A DNA stretch of 64,000 nt from Candidatus Aminicenantes bacterium (GTDB lineage Bacteria > Acidobacteriota > Aminicenantia > Aminicenantales > Saccharicenantaceae). Positions within the stretch are counted from its first letter, which is position 1; every line of letters begins with the position of its first letter. The notes below the pieces were generated by a model. It was not told where the DNA came from and searched no databases. It was given only the letters and a program-made list of their open reading frames with translations. A program made the position numbers and the translations under genes. This document shows positions 9,411 through 18,726 of the stretch, piece by piece. The stretch spans positions 530,908-594,907 of the forward strand of contig CAVUOW010000004.1 of assembly GCA_963743205.1 (NCBI GenBank). Reading direction: 5' to 3'.

Positions 9411-11501
9411 CTATCTTCCGCAACGGACGATGATCAGGTCCCAAGGCGCAAGGACGATGCGGGCGCCTGTGGCCACCGCGGCGCCGGTCAGGATGTCGCG
9501 GCCGGATTCCCGGCCATAGACGAATTCACGCCCGACAGAGGAGAAATTGAAGTAGGCGTGGACGGCGGCGCCGTCGGCCAACAGACCGTGCTTGGCCTTG
9601 ACCCCCGCCGGAAGCCCCGCATCCGAGAGCGGGATCCCGGCCACGGCCAGGCAATCGGCGACGATCTTGTCTTGGAGCGCGTCCGAGACATGCGTGCCTT
9701 CGTAGGTCAGCGTGCCTTTGCCGAACAGGTTCCTTGTCACGGCCGGATAGGCCCCGAAGACGGGGTGATCGTAGAAGGCCAAGGCGCGGCAGGTCTCCGG
9801 CAGGAGGTATTCCGCCCAAACCGAGACGCTGTTCCCCTCGGCCGCCTGGAACGGGTCTCCCCGCAGCTTGAGCGGCTGCTTCAGGTTCGTGAACTCCTGG
9901 AACCTGAACCCGCAGGCCTCGCGGAGGGGCCCCGGCGCCGGCGTCCATCGGACCGTCGAGTTCTCGTCGCAAAAACCGCTTTTGAATGTCATCAGGACAT
10001 GCCCGCCGCCCTTGACGTATTCCGCGACCTTCCCCAGCAGGCCGTTGTCGGCGATGTACAGCGCGGGGACGACAACCAGGTCGTATTCTCCGAAGCGCGG
10101 GTCCTCAGGGTGGACGAAATCCGCTTCGATATTGAGCTTGTAGAGGGACCGGTACAGCTGGCCGAGCAGGGTCATGTAGCCGACCTGCCCATCGAAGGGC
10201 ATGACATCAAGAGCATGGAGGGAGTCCAGGCTGTAGAGGATGGCGACGCGGTTCCTCTTCTGCAGATTCGCCAGGACCGGCCCGACCCGCCGCAGCTCCT
10301 GGGCGATCCTCGTGACCTCGCCGTAGGCCCGGCCCGGTTCGAGGTCGTGGCCCAGGACCCCCTTCCAGTAGGTTTCCTGCCCGTAGTGCAGGGAATGCCA
10401 GTGCCAATAAGCGACGAGGTTCGCCCCGCTCATGACGTTGGCATACGCGGCCAGCCGGAGCTGCCCATCGTAGGGCGGGAACTGGCCCGCCGAGCTCCAT
10501 CCGGTCGTCTGCGCCGTCGTCTCCGTGACCAGGTAGTTCGAACGCTTGAGGGACCTGTTGACGTCGCCGCTAAAGGCGATGTCCTCGCCGGTCATGTCGT
10601 CCTGGATGCCGAAATAGATATTGACGGCCGGAATGTCCAGCGCCCGGGCGATATCGAACTGCCGGACGTCGTTCGGCAGCCCGCCGCAGAAGTCATGGGT
10701 GACGAACTGGTCCGGTCGCTTGAGCTCCCGGACGATGGCCGACTGCCAGCCCAGGAAATCGGTCGCGATGCTTTGCTCGAAGCGTTCCCATTCGAGCCTG
10801 TAACCGGGATTGACGGCGCCTTCGCGCGGCGGGACTTCGTCGAAGCTGTTGACCCGCTGGCCCCAATAGTTCAGGCCCCAAGCTTTATTCAAGGCCTCCG
10901 GGGTGACGAACTTCGTCCTGAGGCGTTCGCGGAAGGCCGCCTGGACCCGAGCGTCGGCCGTGCCCGAGGGGTGCGTTTCGTTGTCCAGCTGATAGCCGAT
11001 GACGGCCGGGTGGTCCCTGAACCGGCCGACGAGCTTGCGGATGATCCGCTCGGCGTATTTCCGATAGACGGGATGTGTCAGATCGGTCATCTGCCGCAAG
11101 CCATAGGTATAGCGAGGCTGCCCCGCCTGCTGGACCTGGATCTCGGGGTGTTTTTTATAGAGCCAGGCGGGTATCGAATAGGTCGGCGTGCCCAGGATGA
11201 CCTTGATCCCGGCTTTGTGGGCCCGGTCGAGCACGCGGCCAAGCCAGTCGAAATCGAAGCGGCCGTCGCTCGGCTCGAGCACTCCCCAACTGGACTCGCC
11301 CACCCGGATGAAGCTGATGCCCGCCTTCTCCATCAGCTCGAAGTCCTTTTCGAGCCGCTCGTAGGGCATGTACTCCCAATAGTAGGATGCCCCATAGAGG
11401 ATGGTATCGAAACGAGGCGAGGCCTGTTGTCCCCAAAGAACGGGAGCGACGAAGCCTGCCATGACGGCCGCCGCCGCGGCGATCCAAGCGCTCTTTCTCA
11501 T
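9411..11501 (-). CDS. Glycoside hydrolase family 42 beta-galactosidase, secreted
   Basis: 696-aa intact ORF with signal peptide. GH42 N-terminal catalytic TIM barrel (ILYGASYYWEYMPYERLEKDFELMEKAGISFIRVGESSWGVLEP...LDNE), then trimerisation/C-terminal domains. Confidence 0.8.
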   Translation of the reverse strand: MRKSAWIAAAAAVMAGFVAPVLWGQQASPRFDTILYGASYYWEYMPYERLEKDFELMEKAGISFIRVGESSWGVLEPSDGRFDFDWLGRVLDRAHKAGIKVILGTPTYSIPAWLYKKHPEIQVQQAGQPRYTYGLRQMTDLTHPVYRKYAERIIRKLVGRFRDHPAVIGYQLDNETHPSGTADARVQAAFRERLRTKFVTPEALNKAWGLNYWGQRVNSFDEVPPREGAVNPGYRLEWERFEQSIATDFLGWQSAIVRELKRPDQFVTHDFCGGLPNDVRQFDIARALDIPAVNIYFGIQDDMTGEDIAFSGDVNRSLKRSNYLVTETTAQTTGWSSAGQFPPYDGQLRLAAYANVMSGANLVAYWHWHSLHYGQETYWKGVLGHDLEPGRAYGEVTRIAQELRRVGPVLANLQKRNRVAILYSLDSLHALDVMPFDGQVGYMTLLGQLYRSLYKLNIEADFVHPEDPRFGEYDLVVVPALYIADNGLLGKVAEYVKGGGHVLMTFKSGFCDENSTVRWTPAPGPLREACGFRFQEFTNLKQPLKLRGDPFQAAEGNSVSVWAEYLLPETCRALAFYDHPVFGAYPAVTRNLFGKGTLTYEGTHVSDALQDKIVADCLAVAGIPLSDAGLPAGVKAKHGLLADGAAVHAYFNFSSVGREFVYGRESGRDILTGAAVATGARIVLAPWDLIIVRCGR

Positions 11502-11508
11502 TCCTCTC

Positions 11509-12126
11509 CTACCCTTCGGCGATCGTGCGATCGAGAATATCGTACATCTCGACGGCCGTCATCCCGGCGGTCACCGCGATCGCCACCACTGGAACGCCGC
11601 TCTGCCGATAAAAATCGATCAGCGGCAAGGTCCGCTCTTTAAAGATGGCCAGGCGCCTTGAGACCGCCTCGAGCGCGTCGTCTCCCCTCCCGGCCCGGTC
11701 CCGGCCCGTGTCCAGTCGGATCCGGTCCCGAATGACGACCGCTTCCGCGTCGAGCGAAACGACCCGTTCGACAGCCACAAAGGACGCGAGCGCTTCGGCC
11801 TGCCTCCGGTGCCGCGGCAAACCGTTAAGGACGAGGAAGGCACCGGGCGTCAGGCGGCGCGTCTCTGCGAACCGGCCCAGGATCTTGACGATCATCGGCA
11901 TGTCCCGGTCCTCGAAGAGGGCCCCCGAGGCGAGGGATGCCCGGACCGCCTCGAGCTCCCGCGCCGCGAGCCCCCACTCCCCGGTCCGGTCGGCAGCGGC
12001 GGCCCTGAGGTTGGCGCCGAAGTCGAAATGGAAGCACGGCCGGCCCCGGAGCCCCCGCCGCTCGATCTCGTCGCCGAGGGGGGTCTTCCCCGAGCCCGTC
12101 GGGCCCACGAGGAGGATCGACGGCCA
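11509..12126 (-). CDS. Adenylate-kinase-like nucleoside monophosphate kinase (P-loop); start codon unresolved
   Basis: Frame of ORF 11509..12495 gives ...WPSILLVGPTGSGKT (P-loop) ... FLVLNGLPRHRRQAEAL ... RRLAIFKERTLPLIDFY, alignable to Adk over ~200 aa. No ATG/GTG/TTG in frame near the P-loop; the ORF's upstream extension is RG-rich junk overlapping the CPA2 gene. A GTG at complement 12125-12127 lies in the +1 frame. Confidence 0.5.
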   Translation of the reverse strand, partial: WPSILLVGPTGSGKTPLGDEIERRGLRGRPCFHFDFGANLRAAAADRTGEWGLAARELEAVRASLASGALFEDRDMPMIVKILGRFAETRRLTPGAFLVLNGLPRHRRQAEALASFVAVERVVSLDAEAVVIRDRIRLDTGRDRAGRGDDALEAVSRRLAIFKERTLPLIDFYRQSGVPVVAIAVTAGMTAVEMYDILDRTIAEG

Positions 12127-12152
12127 CGGCCGGGACGACGGAGAGACCGGGC

Positions 12153-14162
12153 TCAGGCGCCGCCTCCCTCTCCGGAGGCCTCGTCCAATTCCCCGGTGGC
12201 GAGATAAGCGAAAGCCCGGTCGATATCGCGGTGGCTGGCGACGAGGACCAGCGTGTCCTGTTCCTCGATCTTGAAATCGGCGCCCGGGCTGGTGAAGGAC
12301 TCTTCGCCACGGACGATGGCGATGACCGTCGCCCCGGTCCGGCCGCGCACGTCGAGGTTTCCGAGGGTCCGGCCGGCCGGCCAGGCGCCTCGTCCGATGA
12401 AGTAGGTCTCGGCCGTTCCAGCCGCGAGGAGGTCGGCGATCCGCTCGGTCACGGGACGGATGGCGTCGCAGGCGCCCCGGAGCATGCCGTAGCATTCGCC
12501 GCGGAGCACCTTGACCTGGGCCTCCACCAGATTGCGCGGGATATGGTACTTCTCGAGGACCCGGGTGAAGATCTCGATCGAGGTCTCGAACTCTTCAGGG
12601 ATGACATCGTCGGCCCCGAGTCCCAGGAGGAGGTCGATCTCCGAGGCATAGCGCGTGCGGACGATGACGAAGACGTCCGGATTGAGGGCCTTCACCGCCT
12701 TGACTCCGCGCTGGGTCATCAGAGGGTCCGAGATGGCGAAGACGATGCCCTTAGCACGTCCGATGCCGGCCTGCTCGAGGATGGTCCGTCTCGACACGTC
12801 TCCATAGATGATGGGCTCGCCCTCGGCCGCCGCCTCGCGGACCGTGACCGGGTTGAGCTCGAGGATGACGTAGGGAATGCCCGCCTCCTTGAGAACGTGG
12901 GCCAGATTCTTCCCGTTGAGGCCATAGCCGGCGATGATCAGGTGTCCTTCGAGGCCCCGGCTGGGCTTCCCCTCCTCCACTCGTTTTTTCCAGTGCAGCT
13001 TGCGCGAGCCGAAATCGGCCAGTTTCGGCGAGGCCTTGACGAGGAATGGCGTCGCCAGGATCGTCAGGATGGACGAGGCGATGAAGGCCTGGAAGACGTC
13101 GCCCGCCAGGAAGCCGTTCGCCCGTCCGACACCGGCCAGGACAAACGAAAATTCCCCGATCTGGGCCAGGGCCAGGCCGGTTACGACGGCCACCCGGGGG
13201 CCGTAGCCGAGGATCCCGACGGTCATGACAACGGCGAACGTCTTGACGATGAGCACGGCGGCCACGAGGGCCAGGACCAGCGGCAGGAACCTGCCCACCG
13301 CCCCCACGTCGAGGAGCATCCCGACGGCGATGAAGAAGAGGCTGTTGAAAACGTCCTTGAAGGGCAGGATGTCGGAAACGACCTGGTGGCTGTAAGCGGA
13401 TTCGGCCAGAAGCACCCCGGCGAGAAACGCGCCCAGGGCGAGCGACAGCCCAAGAGAGGACGTCAACAGGGCCATGCCCAGGCAGAGGAAGAGCGTGGCG
13501 ATGAGAAAGACCTCCCGGACGCGCGTCCGGACGACGACGTTGAGGACGTACGGCATCAGGAAGCGGGCCAGGACAAAGACCCCGGCCACAGCCGCCCCGC
13601 TCAGCGCGAAGCGCACCGCGATCGCGACCGCCGAAACGGTGCCCGCATTGGCCAGGACCGGGACGAGGGCGATCATGGGCACCATGGCCAGATCCTGGAA
13701 GATCAGGATGCCCAGAGAGATCCGGCCCTGGGGAGAGTCGGTCTCGCCGCGATCGCCGAGGATCTTGAGCACGACCGCCGTGCTGCTGAGCGAGATCAAG
13801 AACCCGTAGAACAGGGCTTCCCTGAAGCTCCGTCCCAAGACGCCTGAAATGAGGGCGACGCAGACCGCTATCGTCAATCCCACTTGGAGGCTTCCTCCCC
13901 AGAGGAAGTTCCGCCGGATCCGTCTGAGCCGGGCCGGCTCGAACTCGAGGCCGATCGTAAAGAGCAGCATGACCACGCCGATCTCGGCCAGGGTCCGGAC
14001 CGTCCCGACGTTCCTGACCAAGGAAAGGCCCCCCGGGCCGATCAGGACGCCGGTCAGCAGGAAGCCGACGACGGACGGCAGCTTGAGCTTGTGGCAGACG
14101 TAGATAATGAGGACCGAGGCCGCCAGGACGACGACGAGATCCTTGAGGATGAGAAGGTCCAT
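12153..14162 (-). CDS. CPA2-family monovalent cation:proton antiporter (Kef-type) with C-terminal RCK/TrkA-N and TrkA-C domains
   Basis: Start ATG at complement 14160-14162 (MDLLILKDLVVVL...). About 12 TM segments of the Na+/H+ exchanger fold, then Rossmann GxGxxG (IIAGYGLNG) RCK domain and TrkA-C. Upstream extension of the track ORF to 14426 discarded. Confidence 0.8.
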   Translation of the reverse strand: MDLLILKDLVVVLAASVLIIYVCHKLKLPSVVGFLLTGVLIGPGGLSLVRNVGTVRTLAEIGVVMLLFTIGLEFEPARLRRIRRNFLWGGSLQVGLTIAVCVALISGVLGRSFREALFYGFLISLSSTAVVLKILGDRGETDSPQGRISLGILIFQDLAMVPMIALVPVLANAGTVSAVAIAVRFALSGAAVAGVFVLARFLMPYVLNVVVRTRVREVFLIATLFLCLGMALLTSSLGLSLALGAFLAGVLLAESAYSHQVVSDILPFKDVFNSLFFIAVGMLLDVGAVGRFLPLVLALVAAVLIVKTFAVVMTVGILGYGPRVAVVTGLALAQIGEFSFVLAGVGRANGFLAGDVFQAFIASSILTILATPFLVKASPKLADFGSRKLHWKKRVEEGKPSRGLEGHLIIAGYGLNGKNLAHVLKEAGIPYVILELNPVTVREAAAEGEPIIYGDVSRRTILEQAGIGRAKGIVFAISDPLMTQRGVKAVKALNPDVFVIVRTRYASEIDLLLGLGADDVIPEEFETSIEIFTRVLEKYHIPRNLVEAQVKVLRGECYGMLRGACDAIRPVTERIADLLAAGTAETYFIGRGAWPAGRTLGNLDVRGRTGATVIAIVRGEESFTSPGADFKIEEQDTLVLVASHRDIDRAFAYLATGELDEASGEGGGA

Positions 14163-14340
14163 GTCACATCTCTCTTCTTCCGTATATAACATGCAGGTTC
14201 GGGACCGGTCAACCGACTTCTCCCCTGTGAAGGTGAGGCCGGCGGGCCAAATGTCACCCCGGATAACCCCCGAAACGATGATTGACCCTTCCTGCCACCG
14301 ATCTAAACTGGTGTGAAATCTATTCTGCCTAGGAGGCATC

Positions 14341-14961
14341 ATGAAGAAGCTAATGCTCGTGGCCTTGGTCGCCCTGTTCGTCGCGGCGCTCGTCCCCCAA
14401 ACGCTCAGCGCCGGTGTCGGCATCAAGGGCGGCTATTCCTGGTCCAAGTTCGAGTTGAAGTCGAGTGAGCCCCCGCCGTTCACGTTCGGGTATCTGCCCT
14501 CGGCTGTCGGCGGCATCTATTTCGGCATCAATCTGGGCCTCATCTCCATTCAGCCGGAAGTCCTCTACACCCGGATGGGGGCAAAGTACGAGGTCGACGC
14601 GGACAGCCTTCAGTACCAGTTCGAGTACGTCCAAGTCCCGGTCCTCCTCAAGATCAACATCATCCCGGTCGGACCGATACGCCCGTTCCTCGCGGCCGGT
14701 CCCTATGGCGCCTACCTGCTCAGAGCCCGAGGCGTCATGGTCGTGGACGGCGTGACGGACACAACGGACCTCGGCCCGGAGATGCAGAAATACGATTATG
14801 GCGCCGTCGGCGGCGTGGGCCTGGCCTTCCGGCTGCCCGGCATCTCGCTGTCTGTCGAAGGGCGCTACAATTTCGGCCTGGCCAATATCATGAAGGACCC
14901 TGCGCCCGGCGACTCCATGAAGAACAGGTCGGTCATGGCCCTGGTCGGCATCGGATTCTAG
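14341..14961 (+). CDS. Small outer-membrane beta-barrel protein (PorT/OmpA-like barrel family), paralog 1
   Basis: AGGAGG RBS, signal peptide, alternating amphipathic beta-strand pattern, C-terminal aromatic residue (…LVGIGF). About 60% identical to the downstream paralog. Confidence 0.65.
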   Translation: MKKLMLVALVALFVAALVPQTLSAGVGIKGGYSWSKFELKSSEPPPFTFGYLPSAVGGIYFGINLGLISIQPEVLYTRMGAKYEVDADSLQYQFEYVQVPVLLKINIIPVGPIRPFLAAGPYGAYLLRARGVMVVDGVTDTTDLGPEMQKYDYGAVGGVGLAFRLPGISLSVEGRYNFGLANIMKDPAPGDSMKNRSVMALVGIGF

Positions 14962-15000
14962 GTCCGGGTCTCAAACTCGATCTCTGACCTCCTGTAACGC

Positions 15001-15031
15001 CTCACCCCCCGCGGGGTGGGGCGTTTTTTTT
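15001..15031 (+). terminator. Rho-independent terminator between the two OMP paralogs
   Basis: GC-rich hairpin cacccc-ccgc-ggggtg followed by T8 run (gcgttttttttat) 40 nt after the stop of the 14341..14961 gene. Confidence 0.7.
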
Positions 15032-15112
15032 ATGTTCCCCAGCCTCACCCCTCCTCCCTTCGCCGTGGTAAGATAGAGACAAGAGGGTTCGTGGGAATGA
15101 GAGGAGACTCGC

Positions 15113-15736
15113 ATGAAAAGATGGGTCCTCGTGTTTATTATCGCGACGTGCGCAGCGACGCTTGTTCCGCCGGCTCTTGAAGCCGGCGTCTGGTTCAAGG
15201 GCGGCTTCTCGCTGGCCAAGTTCGATCAGACCTCGACCGAAGAGCTCCCGTTTAGCTGGGGGAATCTGCCCTACTTCGTCGTCGGCGTGTCCTCCGAGCG
15301 CGGGTTGGGCGTCGTCTCGTTGCAGTCCGAGGTGCTCTATGTCCGGATGGGTGGAAAATACACGATCGACGCGGATAACGCGCTCGAATACCGGTTCAAT
15401 TATGTCCAGGTGCCGGTAATGCTCAAGCTGAACATCATCCCCTTCGGACCCGTGCGCCCGTTCATCGCCGCGGGAGGTTACGGTTCCTATCTGATCAAAG
15501 CCCAAGGGGTGCTGAAAGTCGCCGGCGAGACGACCAAGGCGGACTTCACCGCGGACTACAAGAGACTCGATTATGGGCTCGTCGGCAGTGCCGGTCTGCT
15601 ATTCCGGCGGCCCGGGATCTCGATCTCCGTCGAAGGCCGCTACAATTACGGCCTGATGAACATCATGAAAGACCCCGCGGCGGGCGATGTCCTCAAGAAC
15701 AGGAGCCTGATGGCCCTCGTCGGCATCAGCTACTAG
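15113..15736 (+). CDS. Small outer-membrane beta-barrel protein, paralog 2 (tandem duplicate)
   Basis: GAGGAG RBS, signal peptide, collinear with the upstream paralog (…KGG.S..KF…EVLY.RMG.KY..DAD…QVPV.LK.NIIP.GP.RPF.AAG.YG.YL…), C-terminal …LVGISY. Confidence 0.65.
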   Translation: MKRWVLVFIIATCAATLVPPALEAGVWFKGGFSLAKFDQTSTEELPFSWGNLPYFVVGVSSERGLGVVSLQSEVLYVRMGGKYTIDADNALEYRFNYVQVPVMLKLNIIPFGPVRPFIAAGGYGSYLIKAQGVLKVAGETTKADFTADYKRLDYGLVGSAGLLFRRPGISISVEGRYNYGLMNIMKDPAAGDVLKNRSLMALVGISY

Positions 15737-15751
15737 CCGGGGCGCCGGTGA

Positions 15752-17032
15752 TCAGATCCTGAGCCGCGCGATCAGGGTCTCGAGATAGCGCGATTTCATC
15801 TGCTTGCTGGCCATCGCCTGCTTGATCGGGGGCAGGCTGAGGACCACGCCGAGGATCGCGGCCATGGCCCGGTGGCTCGCGAGCGCCTGGTTATCGAAGA
15901 TCAGGTTCTGGAGCTTGCCGCGCTCGATCGCCATCAGAACCGCTTTGTGGGTCGAGTCGAGCGGCGTGATGACGCGCCCGGGCCGTGATTCGAGCGAGAG
16001 GCTCTTCGCCCGGCAAGCCGCGACGCAGACCCCGCACCCGAGACACATCGTCTCGTCCACGCTCGCCCGCTTTTTTTTCGGATGACGGGGATCGTTGGCC
16101 GAGACCTGGGTCATCGCTTCGACGGGACATGCGGCGACGCAATCGCCGCAGCCCGTGCAGGATTCGCGGTCGACGACGGGCAGGAAGTTCGTCGTGTGGA
16201 TGGGATGAAGGAGGCCGAAGCGCCGCTGGGCGATCATGGCCTCGCAGCAACAGCCGCAGCAATTGCAGATGAAGCTGACCCGCTGGCGGATATTTTCGCC
16301 GAATTGGACGAGGTTGCGGCCCCGGGCCTCGTCGAGGAGCGCCAGCCCCTCGGTGACGTCGACCGCACGGGCATAGCCGTGCCGGATGAGCGAGGCGGCC
16401 GTCGTGTTGAAAGTCATGCAGATGTCGCGCGGAGCGTCGCAGGCCTGGCCGGCGTGCTCCATCTTGTGCCGGCAGTAGCAGAGGCCGATGCCGCGGTGGG
16501 AGGCGGTCCTGATGACTTCGCTCGCCCGCTCGTAGTCGAGGACGTGGAGCGCATTCTCGTTCGACAGGACCGCTTCGTTTACGAAGGCGCGGCCGAGCTG
16601 GGTTTCCCCCCGGGTGAACAGGGCCTTGATAAAATCCTCCTCGACGGTGATGTAGCGATAATAGAGCTGGGCCAGGAGCTTCTGGTCGACGTCACCCCGC
16701 AGCCTCATCATCGAGAATTCGAAGAAGCCGGCCATGGGAGGCGGCAGGATATAGTAGCGGTTCTTGCGGCCTTCGATATCGACGAGCAGCGCTCTCGAGG
16801 CCAGCTCATCCAGGGCTTTTTGGGCTGCCGCCGGCGTCATCTTCCAGGCCCGGGCGGCGGTCTTGACGGTGAACGGCCTGAGCGGGACAAGGGCCACGAG
16901 CGAAGCTTCCTTTTCGCTCATGAGGATCTTGAGGATCCCGAAAAGGAGATCCGACGGCGGCGCCCCTTGGGGGGCCTTGTTCAGCCTCTGGACGAGTTTT
17001 TGGTACCCCGTCCGCGCGGCCAGGTGGGCCAT
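15752..17032 (-). CDS. 4Fe-4S dicluster domain protein with N-terminal winged-helix-like domain
   Basis: ATG at complement 17030-17032 (MAHLAARTG...); the TTG-extended track ORF is not favoured. Cys motifs CNCCGCCCE, CTGCGDCVAACP, CLGCGVCVAACR. Confidence 0.6.
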   Translation of the reverse strand: MAHLAARTGYQKLVQRLNKAPQGAPPSDLLFGILKILMSEKEASLVALVPLRPFTVKTAARAWKMTPAAAQKALDELASRALLVDIEGRKNRYYILPPPMAGFFEFSMMRLRGDVDQKLLAQLYYRYITVEEDFIKALFTRGETQLGRAFVNEAVLSNENALHVLDYERASEVIRTASHRGIGLCYCRHKMEHAGQACDAPRDICMTFNTTAASLIRHGYARAVDVTEGLALLDEARGRNLVQFGENIRQRVSFICNCCGCCCEAMIAQRRFGLLHPIHTTNFLPVVDRESCTGCGDCVAACPVEAMTQVSANDPRHPKKKRASVDETMCLGCGVCVAACRAKSLSLESRPGRVITPLDSTHKAVLMAIERGKLQNLIFDNQALASHRAMAAILGVVLSLPPIKQAMASKQMKSRYLETLIARLRI

Positions 17033-17135
17033 GCGTCTTTTTTTATATGATTTGGCCGCATTTGGCAACCCCCCGCGGCCTCGCTTTACGCCGGGCCGCC
17101 CCTTGGTTTATGCTGTTCTTGAATCGGAGGCACCC

Positions 17136-18290
17136 ATGAAGACGATCAAGGTCGGGCTTATCGGGACGGGCTACATCGGTCTCGTCCACCTCGAAATGCT
17201 CAGACGTCTCGGCGGCGTCGAGGTCGTGGCCGTGGCCGACACGAACGGCGACCTGGCGCGTGCGGCGGCCGGGAAGTTCGGCATCGGACGCGTCTATGAG
17301 AAGGCCGGGGCCCTCATCGCCGACCCCGAGGTCGAGGTGGTTCACGACTGCGCCCCGAACAATGTCCACTTCGACATCAACGCCCAGGCGATCCGGGCCG
17401 GGAAAGAGCTGCTGTCCGAGAAGCCCCTGGCCCTCGACTCGCGCGAGTCGGCGGAGCTTCTGGAGTTGGCGCAGAAGCACGGCACCCTGACGGCGATCGA
17501 CTTCTGCTATCGCTATTACCCGGTCGTCCAGGAAGCCGCGGCCAGGGCCAGACGGGGCGACCTCGGCGAAGTCCGGGCGTTCATGGGCCATTTCCTCCAG
17601 GATTGGCTCTTTTTCGAGACGGACTACACGTGGCGCCTGGATCCCGAGGTCGCCGGGCAGGCCAACGTCGTGGCCGACCTGGGCAGCCACTGGTTCGACC
17701 TGGTCCAGTTCATCACCGGGCAGAAGATCGTCGAGGTCATGGCCGAGCTCCACACCTGCCTGCCCAAGCGGCGCAAGCCCAAGGCGGGGCCGTTGTCCTT
17801 CGGCGGCGGCCAGGCCGGGGATTCCGAGGAGGTGGCGATCACGCTCGACGACTATGCGTCGATCTTCTTAAAGCTCGATAACGGGGCGCGGGGGAATTTC
17901 ACGACTTGCCAGGCCGCGGCCGGCCGCAAGGTCGATCTGGAGATCCAGGTCTTCGGCTCGAAAGAGTCCTATGCCTGGAGCCACGTCCACCCCAACGCCC
18001 TTTGGATCGGACACCGGGAGCGGGCCAACGAGATCTTCTATGAATCCTCGCAGCTCCAAACCCCTGAAACGCGGAAGTACGCCATCCTGCCCACGGGCCA
18101 TCCCCTGGGCTACCACGACGCCGTGTTCAACCTTTTCCGGGATTACTATGAAGCGCTGGCGGCCAAACGGGCCGGGAAGCCCTGCCAGGCCACCTTCCCC
18201 GATTTCCGGACCGGTCACGAGATGATGTGCATCATCGACGCGGCAGTCCGCTCCGACAAGTCCGGAGCATGGGTCAAGGTCGGGAAATAA
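17136..18290 (+). CDS. Gfo/Idh/MocA-family NAD(P)-dependent oxidoreductase
   Basis: GGAGG RBS 5 nt upstream of ATG 17136. N-terminal Rossmann motif KVGLIGTGYIG; EKP motif (SEKPLAL) and C-terminal alpha/beta domain typical of the family. The track ORF's 5' extension is antisense to the neighbouring gene. Confidence 0.8.
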   Translation: MKTIKVGLIGTGYIGLVHLEMLRRLGGVEVVAVADTNGDLARAAAGKFGIGRVYEKAGALIADPEVEVVHDCAPNNVHFDINAQAIRAGKELLSEKPLALDSRESAELLELAQKHGTLTAIDFCYRYYPVVQEAAARARRGDLGEVRAFMGHFLQDWLFFETDYTWRLDPEVAGQANVVADLGSHWFDLVQFITGQKIVEVMAELHTCLPKRRKPKAGPLSFGGGQAGDSEEVAITLDDYASIFLKLDNGARGNFTTCQAAAGRKVDLEIQVFGSKESYAWSHVHPNALWIGHRERANEIFYESSQLQTPETRKYAILPTGHPLGYHDAVFNLFRDYYEALAAKRAGKPCQATFPDFRTGHEMMCIIDAAVRSDKSGAWVKVGK

Positions 18291-18315
18291 GCTACTCGGA
18301 TTTTGCCGGCTTGCC

Positions 18316-18726
18316 CTAGGCCGGTTTATTCCCGGCTGGTTGGCTTTCCACGGGCTTGCCTTCCGCCGGGGGTTCCGCTTTTTTCTGAGGTTTGGCGCCC
18401 TCCGGGGCTTTCGGCTTCTTCGGCTTGGCTTCCTTGGCGCCGGCCTTGGGCTTTTCGGCCTTGGCCTTTTCCGGTTCCTTCTTGGGAGCCGCCGCCTTTT
18501 CCGCCTTGATCCGGGCCATTTCCGCAGTTCTCTTCTCGTCCTCGACGATCTTTCTCAGTCTCTTGGCCGTGGCCTTGATATCGGCCTTCAGCTTTCTCAC
18601 GAGGGGGTCCTTATCGGCGGGACGGTCCTTGATCCCCTTCTCCGCCAGGCGCGCCAACCGATCTTTCAGGTTCTTCTCGAACGACGCTTTTTGCATCGTG
18701 ACGATCTCTTTCCGCCTCAAACCCAT
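18316..18726 (-). CDS. Lysine/alanine-rich basic protein (histone H1-like / Hc1-like nucleoid protein candidate)
   Basis: Second ATG chosen (GGAGG 5 nt upstream). C-terminal half is KAAAPKKEPEKAKAEKPKAGAKEAKPKKPKAPEGAKPQKK... low-complexity AKP repeats; N-terminal half is helical and charged. Confidence 0.55.
   Translation of the reverse strand: MGLRRKEIVTMQKASFEKNLKDRLARLAEKGIKDRPADKDPLVRKLKADIKATAKRLRKIVEDEKRTAEMARIKAEKAAAPKKEPEKAKAEKPKAGAKEAKPKKPKAPEGAKPQKKAEPPAEGKPVESQPAGNKPA

Noticed and set aside
9321-11642. 773-aa ORF on + strand
   Set aside because: Antisense to the well-supported GH42 gene. RG/AP-rich composition typical of wrong-frame translation in high-GC DNA.
12231-13847. 538-aa Asp/Glu/Arg-rich ORF on + strand
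   Set aside because: Antisense to the CPA2 antiporter gene. Extreme low complexity.
16082-17050. 322-aa ORF on + strand and 508-aa ORF 16764..18290
   Set aside because: The first is antisense to the 4Fe-4S protein gene. The second is the Gfo/Idh/MocA gene with a spurious 5' extension; the real start is ATG 17136 with a GGAGG RBS.
18330-18520. Short GC-rich tandem repeats that could suggest a CRISPR-like or VNTR element
   Set aside because: They are the coding sequence of the KA-rich protein (AKP repeats). No regular repeat-spacer architecture anywhere in the window.
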